From NCBI RefSeq assembly GCF_003334785.1, contig NZ_QOWV01000006.1: a stretch of 64,000 bases of DNA; one strand, written 5' to 3'. Shown in pieces: positions 10,135-19,902 of this stretch. Made by a program: the position numbers and the translations under genes. The notes beneath the pieces are model-generated. The model saw only the letters and a program-made list of their open reading frames with translations, did no database searches and was not told where the DNA came from. The first letter of the stretch is position 1, and every line of letters starts with the position of its first letter. This stretch comes from Escherichia coli. Its GTDB lineage: Bacteria > Pseudomonadota > Gammaproteobacteria > Enterobacterales > Enterobacteriaceae.

Positions 10135-11400
10135 TTAACCTCTATGCTTAATTGTGTTTAACCGGGTGCAAAATTTACGCTCGCCAAACCGCACATCATT
10201 TTCAGGAATAATGAAAACGCGGTAATAGCGGATAAAAACAATAATTGCGGTAATCAGGGCCAGCAGCGCGAAAGTAAAATCGAGAACAATGATATATTGC
10301 AGGCCGATGTTCGACAGATAACCGGTAATCAGTGGAATAACAAAGTTAGCCAGTCCACCCATCATCATATAAATACTGGTGACTTTGGCTTTGCTTTTGG
10401 GAAAAAACTCTGACATGACCGAAACGCCGAGCTGTAAAATGCCGCCAGCTGCTGAGAAACCGATAACAAAGGCTCCGGCATTGCACACCAGTGGAGAAGG
10501 GTACAGGTAGATAATGGCTGCTGTTATTGTTGCCAGTGCAGAGTTAAATACATTAGCCCAGATGGGCCGGACCATTTTTTTCAGTAGTGCGGCAAAAATA
10601 AAGACACAGACCAACGAGCCCATACTGTAATAAGAGATGGTTTTTAATGCCTCAGCTTCTGACATACCAGCAAAAGCCATCGCATATTTGGGCATCCACA
10701 CCACAATCACATAAAAGGTCGAGAATGCGGCTACACCGAACAGTACCGATGAAACACCTTCCAGCCAGACTAACGGTTTGCTGTTCATTTGCGGTAATTC
10801 ATTAGTTACGCTGGCGTCCACCAACTGGCTGGGGAATTTGCTTTTCAACAGCATCAGCGTGATCAGTACAAATAGAATACCCGGAATAATCAGCCCATAG
10901 CCGTACCAGATATTATTGAGCAACATATAGCTCACCAGCATTGGGTAGAACATTTGCCCAAATGACACCATCGCTTTAACCAGTATGACCGCCGAACCAG
11001 AGGCTTTCGGAAAGCATTCCATGAGCGCGGGGTAGCCACCCGTATCCAGCGCTGAGTTAGCGATACCTACGCACACTGCCAGACCGTAGGCGAGAGTTAA
11101 ATTCGGGCAAGCGGGAATACCAAAGAAGAATAGCAGATACATTATTACTGCCATTAATATCACCGCCCGACGACCAAACTTATCGGAGATCACACCGAAG
11201 AATAAAATACTGATCAATCGCCCCAAACCGATACCGGAAATTAAGTAGGCAATGCCCGCGTTGTCAGTGGAAAACTTTTCCGCCAGAGATGACATATTTT
11301 GGGCAAGCGTAATAACACTAATGCCGTGCAGGAAGTAGCTGAAGTAAATACAAAGAACAGCCAGGATAAATGGCGTGCTGAAAGCCTTATTTTGAGACAT
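10135..11400 (-). CDS. ydiN: MFS-family transporter
   Basis: ORF track 423 aa (GTG at 11406) trimmed to ATG 11400..11398 with AAGGAG 8 nt upstream; polytopic hydrophobic sequence. Confidence 0.85.
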
Positions 11401-11626
11401 TTTCACAGCTCCTTGCTGAAAGATAATTTCGTTACCGTACGTATTGTTCTCCGACGGTTTACATAATTACTATACTGAAGATGATTTTCCCTGGGTACAT
11501 GGCATAAAGTTTATGTTTCCAGGAATATTGCATGTCATAGTTTGTTTTTGATCGCGATTTTCCTTAGTTAGCGCAGAAAGAGTTATTTATCCGTAAGATC
11601 TTGCATGACCTGAAAAGAATATTGCA

Positions 11627-12841
11627 TTACCCACCCGGAGCGACATTTTCCTTTAGCGAGTGATGCCGCGTTTTTTTGCGGCTGCGTAAGCCGATAAACA
11701 GTGCCAGTAAAAAACCGATGGCAGCGATGGCGGTATCGAACCACATAATATCGGCAATACTTCTTTGGGACAGATGAGCCGTAATCAACGGAATAGTAAA
11801 GGTCGCAATACTGCCCGCACTGTAATAGATCCCTGTAGCTTTACCTTTAGCGTAAGGGAAACGTTCAGCCATTAACGTCAGGCCAATTTGCACAACACCT
11901 CCAGCAGAGGTAAAACCAATGACAAAAGCAAATATTATCACCACATAAAATGTGGGATGCAGGCAGACGGTAAACAGAGCAATAAATGAGATAAAGGTGT
12001 ACAGCATCAGTAATGTTGTTGGGCGAACGGTATTACGAATGAGTGGAGCGGTAATAAATACACAAAGCAGCGAACCCACGGTGTAGATACTGAGTAGTTT
12101 GATCGACATAGTGTATGACATGCCTGCAACAAATTGTCCGTACTGTGCCAGCCACTGGCTAACCAGATAAAACGTTGCCATTGAGATATAGCCATATAAG
12201 GTATAACTGGCTAAATCGATAATTGAACAGCGATGTTCCGTAGAGCTGGTGGTTTTCTTTATGACAGGTAAGCGACGACCCGGATGGGGTGGGAACGTAC
12301 AACGGTATAAAAACAGAGCGTTAATAAACATAATGCCTGCAGCAATCATAAAGGACCAACCGAACCACAGTTCAGCCCACACTAACAGGCTAATGATTAG
12401 CGGTAATAAAAATTGTCCGCTGGAAACAAATGCTTTAATTAAAATATTGGCTGTCCCAGGTGAGCGTGGAAAAGCTTCCATCAAACTGGGATAAGTGCCT
12501 GCATCGAGAAAACTGTTTGCCATTCCCGCCAGAAAGCCAAAAACATAAGCGATAATGATGTTATTGGTCTGCAGGATGCCAAAAAAGAAGGCCATATAGC
12601 AGCACATCCCGAGCATGATAAAAGGGCGGCGACCAAAGCGATCGGATAATAATCCTGCAAAAAGCAAGACACTTAATCGACCAATGCCCAGCGATGAGAT
12701 AACTATCGAGACACCCGCGGCATTAGTCTGCCAAAGTGTCTCCAGCGAGGCCATATTCAGGCTCATCAAAAGGACGCCCATACCATGCACCAGGTAATTA
12801 AAATACAACCCAAGTGCGGTAGGGAAATAGGGATTTTTCAT
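11627..12841 (-). CDS. ydiM: MFS-family transporter
   Basis: ORF track 404 aa; paralogous in sequence to ydiN. Confidence 0.88.
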   Translation of the reverse strand: MKNPYFPTALGLYFNYLVHGMGVLLMSLNMASLETLWQTNAAGVSIVISSLGIGRLSVLLFAGLLSDRFGRRPFIMLGMCCYMAFFFGILQTNNIIIAYVFGFLAGMANSFLDAGTYPSLMEAFPRSPGTANILIKAFVSSGQFLLPLIISLLVWAELWFGWSFMIAAGIMFINALFLYRCTFPPHPGRRLPVIKKTTSSTEHRCSIIDLASYTLYGYISMATFYLVSQWLAQYGQFVAGMSYTMSIKLLSIYTVGSLLCVFITAPLIRNTVRPTTLLMLYTFISFIALFTVCLHPTFYVVIIFAFVIGFTSAGGVVQIGLTLMAERFPYAKGKATGIYYSAGSIATFTIPLITAHLSQRSIADIMWFDTAIAAIGFLLALFIGLRSRKKTRHHSLKENVAPGG

Positions 12842-12940
12842 AGGTTCTACTTAGCAAAGGTGCTTTAAAAAGTGAAGCGATGTTGTGTCAGCATCCGTTC
12901 ATTATTGTTGTAACAACGACAATTCCTTTCTGTGGAAAAA

Positions 12941-13297
12941 TTAACAAAGCCGCTCCAGATCGTGTGCATATAATTCAGCAGCTACCGATTGATAGATCTT
13001 CCAGTCAATAAAATTGCCATCAGGGTAGACTCGTTGAAATGCGGTTAAGTCGGGGAAAAAACGCATGGTGTTGTTGCCGATGCGGTTATTTATTTTCTCT
13101 ATGATGGCATGAAGATGTTTTTTTCTTTGCTGACGCATAGCCAACAGTTGCTCGACTACACGATCAGGAATGGCACACTTGCCATTTTCCCACTGACGCC
13201 AGCTTTCACTGTCACCGGTCTGGGCAATCCAGGTCGCGCATTCATCAATAGTCATGGCAAAAATATGGCGGAGTGCCTGGAGTTCATAAGCGTTCAT
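12941..13297 (-). CDS. ydiL: Small DUF1870-type protein
   Basis: ORF track 127 aa starts at a TTG; trimmed to ATG 13297..13295 (MNAYELQALRH...), 118 aa as I recall for YdiL. Confidence 0.75.
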   Translation of the reverse strand: MNAYELQALRHIFAMTIDECATWIAQTGDSESWRQWENGKCAIPDRVVEQLLAMRQQRKKHLHAIIEKINNRIGNNTMRFFPDLTAFQRVYPDGNFIDWKIYQSVAAELYAHDLERLC

Positions 13298-13434
13298 CGT
13301 GTAATGGCTGCATGAAATAAACAATAAAATATAAATAACATTATCAGCCTGCTGACGGCTTGAAGAGAGTCACAGTATCTTGTGCAACATTATTGGAAAG
13401 AGTGAGGGGCGAGGTAGCGAAGCGGAAAAATGTT

Positions 13435-13540
13435 AAAAAAAAGCCCATCGTGGGAGATGGGCAAAGACTACACACAGCAATTCGTTGTTTCACTCAGGGG
13501 ATTTCCATGCTTATAAATCAATATGTTGATTTATAACCGT
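13435..13540 (-). ncRNA. rprA: RprA small regulatory RNA (Hfq-dependent activator of rpoS translation)
   Basis: Minus-strand sequence ACGGTTATAAATCAACATATTGATTTATAAGCATGGAAATCCCCTGAGTGAAACAACGAATTGCTGTGTGTAGTCTTTGCCCATCTCCCACGATGGGC followed by a T-run; matches my recollection of E. coli RprA, including the terminal GC hairpin (CCCATCTCCCACGATGGG). Confidence 0.9.
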
Positions 13541-13725
13541 GAGCTAATAGTAGGCATACGGACTTTTTGCGTCGATCAGATTCGTCTCATTAGTTTAAAA
13601 ACTGTAAAGAATTTGCGACAGGTACTACCAGCTGAATGGCGGTAAGCAGGAAAATATGGGGAAGAGCAAGCAAATATCAATTAGCGGTGGTTAACAATCA
13701 GGCGGCAGAGCCGCCTGATGAGAAA

Positions 13726-14838
13726 TTACTTATTCGGTTTCTCGATTTCGCCAAGTTCTTCGAGAATTTCTTCCGGTTGGTCCGTCGGCGGCGGGACTTC
13801 TTCCACCCACGCGGCAAACAGACGCCAGGAAACGGCTAACAGAACCGGACCAATAAACAGACCGATCATCCCGAAAGCAATCAAACCACCAATAACGCCA
13901 GAGAGAATCAGGATCAGCGGTAAATCGGCACCCATGCGAATTAACATTGGGCGGATGACGTTATCCAGCGTGCCAACCACACCGCTCCACACTAACAATA
14001 CCGTTCCCCAGGTGGTATCGCCAGTCCAGTAGAGCCAGATAATCGCCGGAATCAGTACCGGCAACGGGCCAAGCTGGACAAGGCAGGAGAGGATCATTAA
14101 CACCGTTAGCAACGTTGCATAAGGTACGCCGGATACGGCGAGGCCGATACCGCCAAGCACTGCCTGTACTAACGCCGTCACCACCACACCCAGCGCCACC
14201 GCGCGGATAGCCTGTGCCGCCAGCAGCACGGCGGCATCTCCGCGAACGCCTGCCAGACGGGTTGCAAAATGGCGAATGCCTTGTGCCACCTGTTCACCGC
14301 GCCAGTACAGCAGGGCACTGAAGAGAAGCATCAGCGCACAATGCACCATAAAGCGCCCGATATGCGCCGCCTGCCCAACGAACCAGGTGGTGGTGGTGCC
14401 AATATAAGGGCGGACTTTCGCCATGATCGCCGTCCCCCCCATATCCAGCAAGTTGTGCCAGCCTGCATACAGCTTCGCGCCAATCACCGGAATGGTATTA
14501 AGCCACGCCAGATCGGGTAACGTCATGTCACCGCTGGAAATGGCTTTAATTAGCGGGCCGCTGCCGTCGACGATACTGTTAACCAGCAAAGCAATAGGGA
14601 TGATAAACACCATCACTAATAACAGCGTCATCACCAGAACGGCGAGAGAGCGGCGGCCAAACATGATCTTTTGCAAACGTAACAATACCGGCCAGGTGGC
14701 GATAACCACCGTACCGGCCCATGCAAAGCCGAGAATAAAGGGTTGAACAATCCACAGACATGCCACAATCATGATGGCTAAAAACAGCACCGAAAGCAGA
14801 ATTTGTGCGACATCCCTGGGCTGACGAACATTTACCAT
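13726..14838 (-). CDS. ydiK: Inner-membrane transporter, AI-2E / UPF0118 family
   Basis: ORF track 370 aa; polytopic membrane protein. Confidence 0.88.
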   Translation of the reverse strand: MVNVRQPRDVAQILLSVLFLAIMIVACLWIVQPFILGFAWAGTVVIATWPVLLRLQKIMFGRRSLAVLVMTLLLVMVFIIPIALLVNSIVDGSGPLIKAISSGDMTLPDLAWLNTIPVIGAKLYAGWHNLLDMGGTAIMAKVRPYIGTTTTWFVGQAAHIGRFMVHCALMLLFSALLYWRGEQVAQGIRHFATRLAGVRGDAAVLLAAQAIRAVALGVVVTALVQAVLGGIGLAVSGVPYATLLTVLMILSCLVQLGPLPVLIPAIIWLYWTGDTTWGTVLLVWSGVVGTLDNVIRPMLIRMGADLPLILILSGVIGGLIAFGMIGLFIGPVLLAVSWRLFAAWVEEVPPPTDQPEEILEELGEIEKPNK

Positions 14839-15226
14839 AACTACTTTTCACCTTTTTTGTGCGTCAAATCGTCGACGCGACGTGAACACGCGAAACTCAC
14901 CTGCATAATGATGAGCAATTTCAGCGGTTTTTAACAGGCCGATTCTGCCCTTAATTCTGATGGGCGTGTTAGAAAAAAATGTGGTACAACAACTCAGGCA
15001 ACACGCAAACGATTTACTCGTCGTATTTCAAGTTGCATGTGCTGCGGCTACGTTCGTTCACCCCAGTCACTTACTATTGTAAGCTCCTGGAGTTCACTCG
15101 CTTGCCGCCTTCCTGCAACACGAAATCCATAGAGTAAACAAACATCACCTTTCAGTGCGCTATTGCAGCAGCCTGAAAGAATAGTGTATCGACCTACATC
15201 ACAGACCGCAGGAAAGGGTCAATATA

Positions 15227-18200
15227 ATGATTCCACAGATTTCCCAGGCACCCGGCGTCGTTCAACTGGTGCTTAATTTTTTGCAAGAGCTGGAGCAACA
15301 AGGTTTTACCGGCGATACGGCGACAAGTTATGCCGATCGTCTGACAATGTCGACCGACAACAGTATTTACCAACTTCTCCCCGATGCGGTGGTATTTCCG
15401 CGTTCAACCGCAGATGTGGCGCTGATCGCCCGTCTTGCCGCGCAGGAACGCTATTCATCGCTGATCTTTACCCCCCGCGGCGGCGGCACCGGCACTAACG
15501 GTCAGGCGCTCAACCAGGGGATTATTGTTGATATGTCCCGCCATATGAACCGCATCATCGAAATTAACCCTGAAGAGGGCTGGGTGCGCGTTGAGGCCGG
15601 GGTGATAAAAGATCAACTCAATCAGTACCTGAAACCGTTCGGCTACTTTTTTGCGCCGGAACTTTCGACCAGCAACCGGGCAACGCTCGGTGGGATGATC
15701 AATACCGATGCATCCGGTCAGGGATCGCTGGTCTATGGCAAAACGTCAGATCACGTACTTGGCGTACGCGCGGTGTTGTTGGGGGGCGATATTCTCGATA
15801 CGCAACCTTTACCCGTCGAATTGGCGGAAACGCTGGGTAAATCCAATACCACAATCGGGCGAATTTATAACACGGTTTATCAACGTTGCCGTCAGCAACG
15901 CCAGTTAATTATCGACAACTTCCCCAAACTTAACCGCTTTCTTACCGGTTACGATCTGCGTCATGTCTTTAACGATGAGATGACCGAGTTCGACCTGACG
16001 CGCATTCTGACGGGTTCAGAAGGGACGCTGGCCTTTATTACCGAAGCGCGGCTGGATATTACACGCTTGCCTAAAGTGCGCCGTCTGGTGAACGTCAAAT
16101 ATGACTCTTTTGACTCTGCGCTGCGTAACGCGCCGTTTATGGTTGAGGCGCGGGCGCTTTCGGTAGAGACGGTGGACTCAAAAGTGCTGAATCTGGCGCG
16201 GGAAGATATTGTCTGGCATTCCGTCAGCGAGTTGATTACCGATGTGCCTGACCAAGAGATGCTCGGGCTGAACATTGTGGAATTTGCTGGTGATGATGAG
16301 GCGCTGATTGATGAGCGGGTAAATGCACTCTGTGCGCGGTTGGATGAGCTGATCGCCAGTCATCAAGCAGGTGTCATCGGCTGGCAGGTGTGCCGTGAGC
16401 TGGCGGGGGTTGAACGTATCTATGCAATGCGCAAAAAAGCCGTTGGTCTGCTTGGCAATGCCAAAGGTGCCGCTAAGCCAATTCCGTTTGCTGAGGATAC
16501 CTGCGTACCGCCGGAACACCTGGCGGATTATATTGCTGAATTTCGCGCGCTGCTCGACAGCCACGGCTTAAGCTACGGTATGTTCGGTCACGTCGACGCA
16601 GGTGTCTTGCACGTCCGTCCAGCGCTGGATATGTGCGATCCTCAACAAGAGATTTTGATGAAGCAAATCTCTGATGACGTGGTGGCGCTGACTGCGAAAT
16701 ACGGTGGTTTGTTGTGGGGCGAGCACGGCAAAGGTTTTCGCGCTGAATACAGCCCGGCGTTTTTCGGTGAGGAACTTTTTGCAGAACTGCGCAAAGTGAA
16801 AGCGGCATTTGACCCGCATAACCGACTCAACCCAGGGAAGATTTGCCCGCCAGAAGGTCTCGATGCGCCGATGATGAAAGTGGACGCGGTGAAGCGCGGT
16901 ACATTCGATCGGCAGATCCCCATTGCGGTACGCCAGCAGTGGCGCGGTGCGATGGAGTGTAACGGCAACGGTTTATGCTTCAACTTTGATGCCCGTAGTC
17001 CGATGTGTCCGTCGATGAAGATCACCCAGAACCGGATTCATTCACCGAAAGGGCGCGCAACGCTGGTGCGTGAATGGCTGCGTTTGTTGGCGGATCGCGG
17101 CGTTGATCCACTCAAACTGGAACAAGAACTGCCTGAATCCGGCGTCAGTTTGCGGACGTTAATTGCCCGCACGCGCAATAGCTGGCATGCGAATAAAGGC
17201 GAATATGACTTCTCACACGAAGTCAAAGAGGCGATGTCGGGCTGTCTGGCCTGTAAAGCGTGTTCGACCCAGTGCCCCATCAAAATTGATGTGCCGGAGT
17301 TTCGCTCTCGTTTTCTGCAGCTCTATCACACCCGTTATTTACGCCCGCTGCGCGACCACCTCGTCGCTACGGTCGAGAGCTACGCGCCGCTGATGGCACG
17401 CGCGCCGAAAACCTTTAACTTCTTCATTAACCAGCCGCTGGTGCGCAAACTCTCGGAAAAACATATCGGCATGGTTGATTTGCCGCTGCTGTCGGTCCCC
17501 TCGCTACAACAACAAATGGTGGGGCATCGCTCGGCAAACATGACGCTGGAACAGCTTGAATCTCTCAATGCAGAGCAGAAAGCGCGCACAGTGTTGGTGG
17601 TGCAGGACCCCTTTACCAGCTATTACGATGCGCAAGTGGTGGCGGATTTTGTCCGTCTGGTCGAAAAATTAGGTTTCCAGCCTGTGTTACTGCCATTTTC
17701 GCCAAATGGCAAAGCCCAGCATATTAAAGGTTTTCTTAATCGTTTTGCGAAGACGGCGAAAAAGACGGCGGATTTCCTCAACCGTATGGCGAAGCTGGGT
17801 ATGCCAATGGTGGGCGTCGATCCGGCGCTGGTACTTTGTTATCGCGATGAATATAAACTGGCGCTGGGCGAGGAGCGTGGCGAGTTTAACGTCTTACTGG
17901 CGAATGAATGGCTGGCAAGCGCACTTGAGTCACAGCCAGTGGCTACAGTCAGCGGTGAATCATGGTATTTCTTTGGTCACTGTACCGAAGTTACCGCCTT
18001 GCCGGGTGCGCCAGCACAATGGGCCGCGATATTTGCCCGTTTTGGCGCGAAACTGGAAAATGTCAGCGTGGGTTGCTGCGGCATGGCAGGGACTTACGGA
18101 CATGAAGCGAAAAACCATGAAAATTCGCTCGGGATCTATGAGTTATCCTGGCATCAGGCTATGCAGCGACTGCCGCGTAACCGCTGTCTGGCGACCGGAT

Positions 18201-18283
18201 ATTCCTGCCGTAGCCAGGTAAAACGGGTTGAAGGCACGGGGGTACGCCATCCTGTGCAGGCTTTACTGGAGATTATTAAATGA
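15227..18283 (+). CDS. ydiJ: FAD-linked oxidase fused to an Fe-S domain (D-2-hydroxyglutarate dehydrogenase)
   Basis: ORF track 1018 aa; N-terminal FAD-binding region; Fe-S motif CLACKACSTQCP; a second Cys cluster near the C-terminus. Confidence 0.9.
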   Translation: MIPQISQAPGVVQLVLNFLQELEQQGFTGDTATSYADRLTMSTDNSIYQLLPDAVVFPRSTADVALIARLAAQERYSSLIFTPRGGGTGTNGQALNQGIIVDMSRHMNRIIEINPEEGWVRVEAGVIKDQLNQYLKPFGYFFAPELSTSNRATLGGMINTDASGQGSLVYGKTSDHVLGVRAVLLGGDILDTQPLPVELAETLGKSNTTIGRIYNTVYQRCRQQRQLIIDNFPKLNRFLTGYDLRHVFNDEMTEFDLTRILTGSEGTLAFITEARLDITRLPKVRRLVNVKYDSFDSALRNAPFMVEARALSVETVDSKVLNLAREDIVWHSVSELITDVPDQEMLGLNIVEFAGDDEALIDERVNALCARLDELIASHQAGVIGWQVCRELAGVERIYAMRKKAVGLLGNAKGAAKPIPFAEDTCVPPEHLADYIAEFRALLDSHGLSYGMFGHVDAGVLHVRPALDMCDPQQEILMKQISDDVVALTAKYGGLLWGEHGKGFRAEYSPAFFGEELFAELRKVKAAFDPHNRLNPGKICPPEGLDAPMMKVDAVKRGTFDRQIPIAVRQQWRGAMECNGNGLCFNFDARSPMCPSMKITQNRIHSPKGRATLVREWLRLLADRGVDPLKLEQELPESGVSLRTLIARTRNSWHANKGEYDFSHEVKEAMSGCLACKACSTQCPIKIDVPEFRSRFLQLYHTRYLRPLRDHLVATVESYAPLMARAPKTFNFFINQPLVRKLSEKHIGMVDLPLLSVPSLQQQMVGHRSANMTLEQLESLNAEQKARTVLVVQDPFTSYYDAQVVADFVRLVEKLGFQPVLLPFSPNGKAQHIKGFLNRFAKTAKKTADFLNRMAKLGMPMVGVDPALVLCYRDEYKLALGEERGEFNVLLANEWLASALESQPVATVSGESWYFFGHCTEVTALPGAPAQWAAIFARFGAKLENVSVGCCGMAGTYGHEAKNHENSLGIYELSWHQAMQRLPRNRCLATGYSCRSQVKRVEGTGVRHPVQALLEIIK

Positions 18284-18690
18284 TATGGAAACGGAAAATC
18301 ACCCTGGAAGCACTGAATGCTATGGGTGAAGGAAACATGGTGGGGTTCCTGGATATTCGCTTTGAACATATTGGTGATGACACCCTTGAAGCGACAATGC
18401 CAGTAGACTCGCGGACAAAGCAGCCTTTCGGGTTGCTGCATGGAGGAGCATCCGTGGTACTGGCCGAAAGTATCGGTTCCGTTGCCGGTTATTTATGTAC
18501 CGAAGGTGAGCAAAAAGTGGTTGGTCTGGAAATCAATGCTAACCACGTCCGCTCGGCACGAGAAGGGCGGGTGCGCGGCGTATGCAAACCGTTGCATCTC
18601 GGTTCGCGTCACCAGGTCTGGCAGATTGAAATCTTCGATGAGAAAGGGCGTTTGTGCTGTTCGTCACGATTGACGACCGCCATTTTGTGA
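18280..18690 (+). CDS. menI: 1,4-dihydroxy-2-naphthoyl-CoA hydrolase (hotdog-fold thioesterase)
   Basis: ORF track 136 aa; start overlaps ydiJ stop (ATGA). Confidence 0.9.
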   Translation: MIWKRKITLEALNAMGEGNMVGFLDIRFEHIGDDTLEATMPVDSRTKQPFGLLHGGASVVLAESIGSVAGYLCTEGEQKVVGLEINANHVRSAREGRVRGVCKPLHLGSRHQVWQIEIFDEKGRLCCSSRLTTAIL

Positions 18691-18789
18691 CGTTGTCACC
18701 AGAAAAGTGTGACGCATATTGCTTTTGGTCATTATCTGCACAGTAAACGGTGGTATACTGTGCAGGTCTTGTCTAAAAGCGAGGATGCT

Positions 18790-18978
18790 ATGTCTACTCA
18801 ACTTGATCCCACCCAGCTGGCCATTGAATTTTTACGCCGTGACCAGAGCAATCTTTCACCTGCCCAATATCTCAAACGTCTGAAACAACTAGAACTTGAA
18901 TTTGCTGACCTGCTTACTCTCTCTTCTGCTGAATTAAAAGAAGAAATCTACTTTGCCTGGCGTCTGGGCGTGCATTGA
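18790..18978 (+). CDS. ydiH: Small protein of unknown function
   Basis: ORF track 89 aa trimmed to ATG 18790 (MSTQLDPTQLAIEF...), 62 aa as I recall for YdiH. Confidence 0.7.
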   Translation: MSTQLDPTQLAIEFLRRDQSNLSPAQYLKRLKQLELEFADLLTLSSAELKEEIYFAWRLGVH

Positions 18979-19131
18979 TCCTGACTTAATGCCGCAAGTT
19001 CGCCAAATCGACCTGGATTAACCTCCGTCCAGGTTCGATGACCTTCTTAATACTGCTTATCTACCGCCTGATATTGTTCAAAAATAATACTAATCGCAGT
19101 TTGTGTTAAAACGGCGGGTTAGCTTTATGAG

Positions 19132-19245
19132 ATTATTCTTATCGCCCCTTCAAGAGCTAAGCCACTGAGAGTGCCGGAGATAAGCGCCGGATGGGGTAGA
19201 AACCCTTAAGCCTGTGTCGCACAGACTTAAGGGTTTTCTTATTTC
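19132..19245 (+). ncRNA. rydB: Candidate RydB sRNA locus with rho-independent terminator hairpin (exact ends uncertain)
   Basis: Intergenic ydiH-sufA position where rydB lies in E. coli; strong hairpin AACCCTTAAG...CTTAAGGGTT (19201..19235) followed by TTTCTTATTTCT on the + strand. The sequence itself was not matched from memory. Confidence 0.35.
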
Positions 19246-19465
19246 TGAACGCTGCACTTTTTTACCTATCTCTTAAATAGTCATTTTCAATACAACTTTT
19301 TCTTTTTCATCACAGCCTTAATGCTCCTTAGATAATAACCATTATCTAACAATGAGATACCTAATTCTTAGCGTGCCTGTTAACCCACACATCAGGGTCT
19401 ATGCTTATTAAAAGCAGGCAAAAAGCATGTTTTACGGTAAAGCCCCTGCGTTTGCTGGGTTGAAC

Positions 19466-19480
19466 TGATAATCATTATCA
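19466..19480. promoter_or_regulatory. Fur box in the suf operon promoter
   Basis: TGATAATCATTATCA about 46 nt upstream of the sufA ATG; close match to the GATAATGATAATCATTATC Fur consensus. Confidence 0.8.
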
Positions 19481-19525
19481 CTAACATGCTGTTATACGCT
19501 GAAAGCGATGAAGTGAGGTAAATCG

Positions 19526-19894
19526 ATGGACATGCATTCAGGAACCTTTAACCCACAAGATTTCGCCTGGCAAGGCTTAACGCTGACACCCGCAGCGGCG
19601 ATACACATCCGTGAGCTGGTGGCAAAGCAGCCGGGTATGGTCGGCGTGCGCTTAGGCGTGAAGCAAACGGGCTGCGCGGGCTTTGGCTATGTGCTCGACA
19701 GTGTTAGCGAGCCGGACAAAGACGATCTGCTGTTTGAACACGACGGCGCGAAGCTGTTTGTCCCGCTGCAAGCGATGCCGTTTATTGATGGCACGGAAGT
19801 CGATTTCGTTCGTGAAGGACTTAATCAGATATTCAAATTTCACAACCCTAAAGCCCAGAATGAATGTGGCTGTGGCGAAAGCTTTGGGGTATAG
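19526..19894 (+). CDS. sufA: Fe-S cluster A-type carrier
   Basis: ORF track 122 aa; C-terminal CGCGESF motif. Confidence 0.93.
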   Translation: MDMHSGTFNPQDFAWQGLTLTPAAAIHIRELVAKQPGMVGVRLGVKQTGCAGFGYVLDSVSEPDKDDLLFEHDGAKLFVPLQAMPFIDGTEVDFVREGLNQIFKFHNPKAQNECGCGESFGV

Positions 19895-19902
19895 GCGGTA
19901 CT

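Noticed and set aside
13636-13839. 67-aa + strand ORF between rprA and ydiK
   Set aside because: Overlaps the rprA promoter region and the 3' end of ydiK; no RBS.
15151-15180. Hairpin (CTTTCAG..CTGAAAG) in the ydiK-ydiJ intergenic region, considered as a possible sRNA or riboswitch
   Set aside because: Single short stem-loop with no flanking promoter or terminator signature; more likely ydiJ leader structure.
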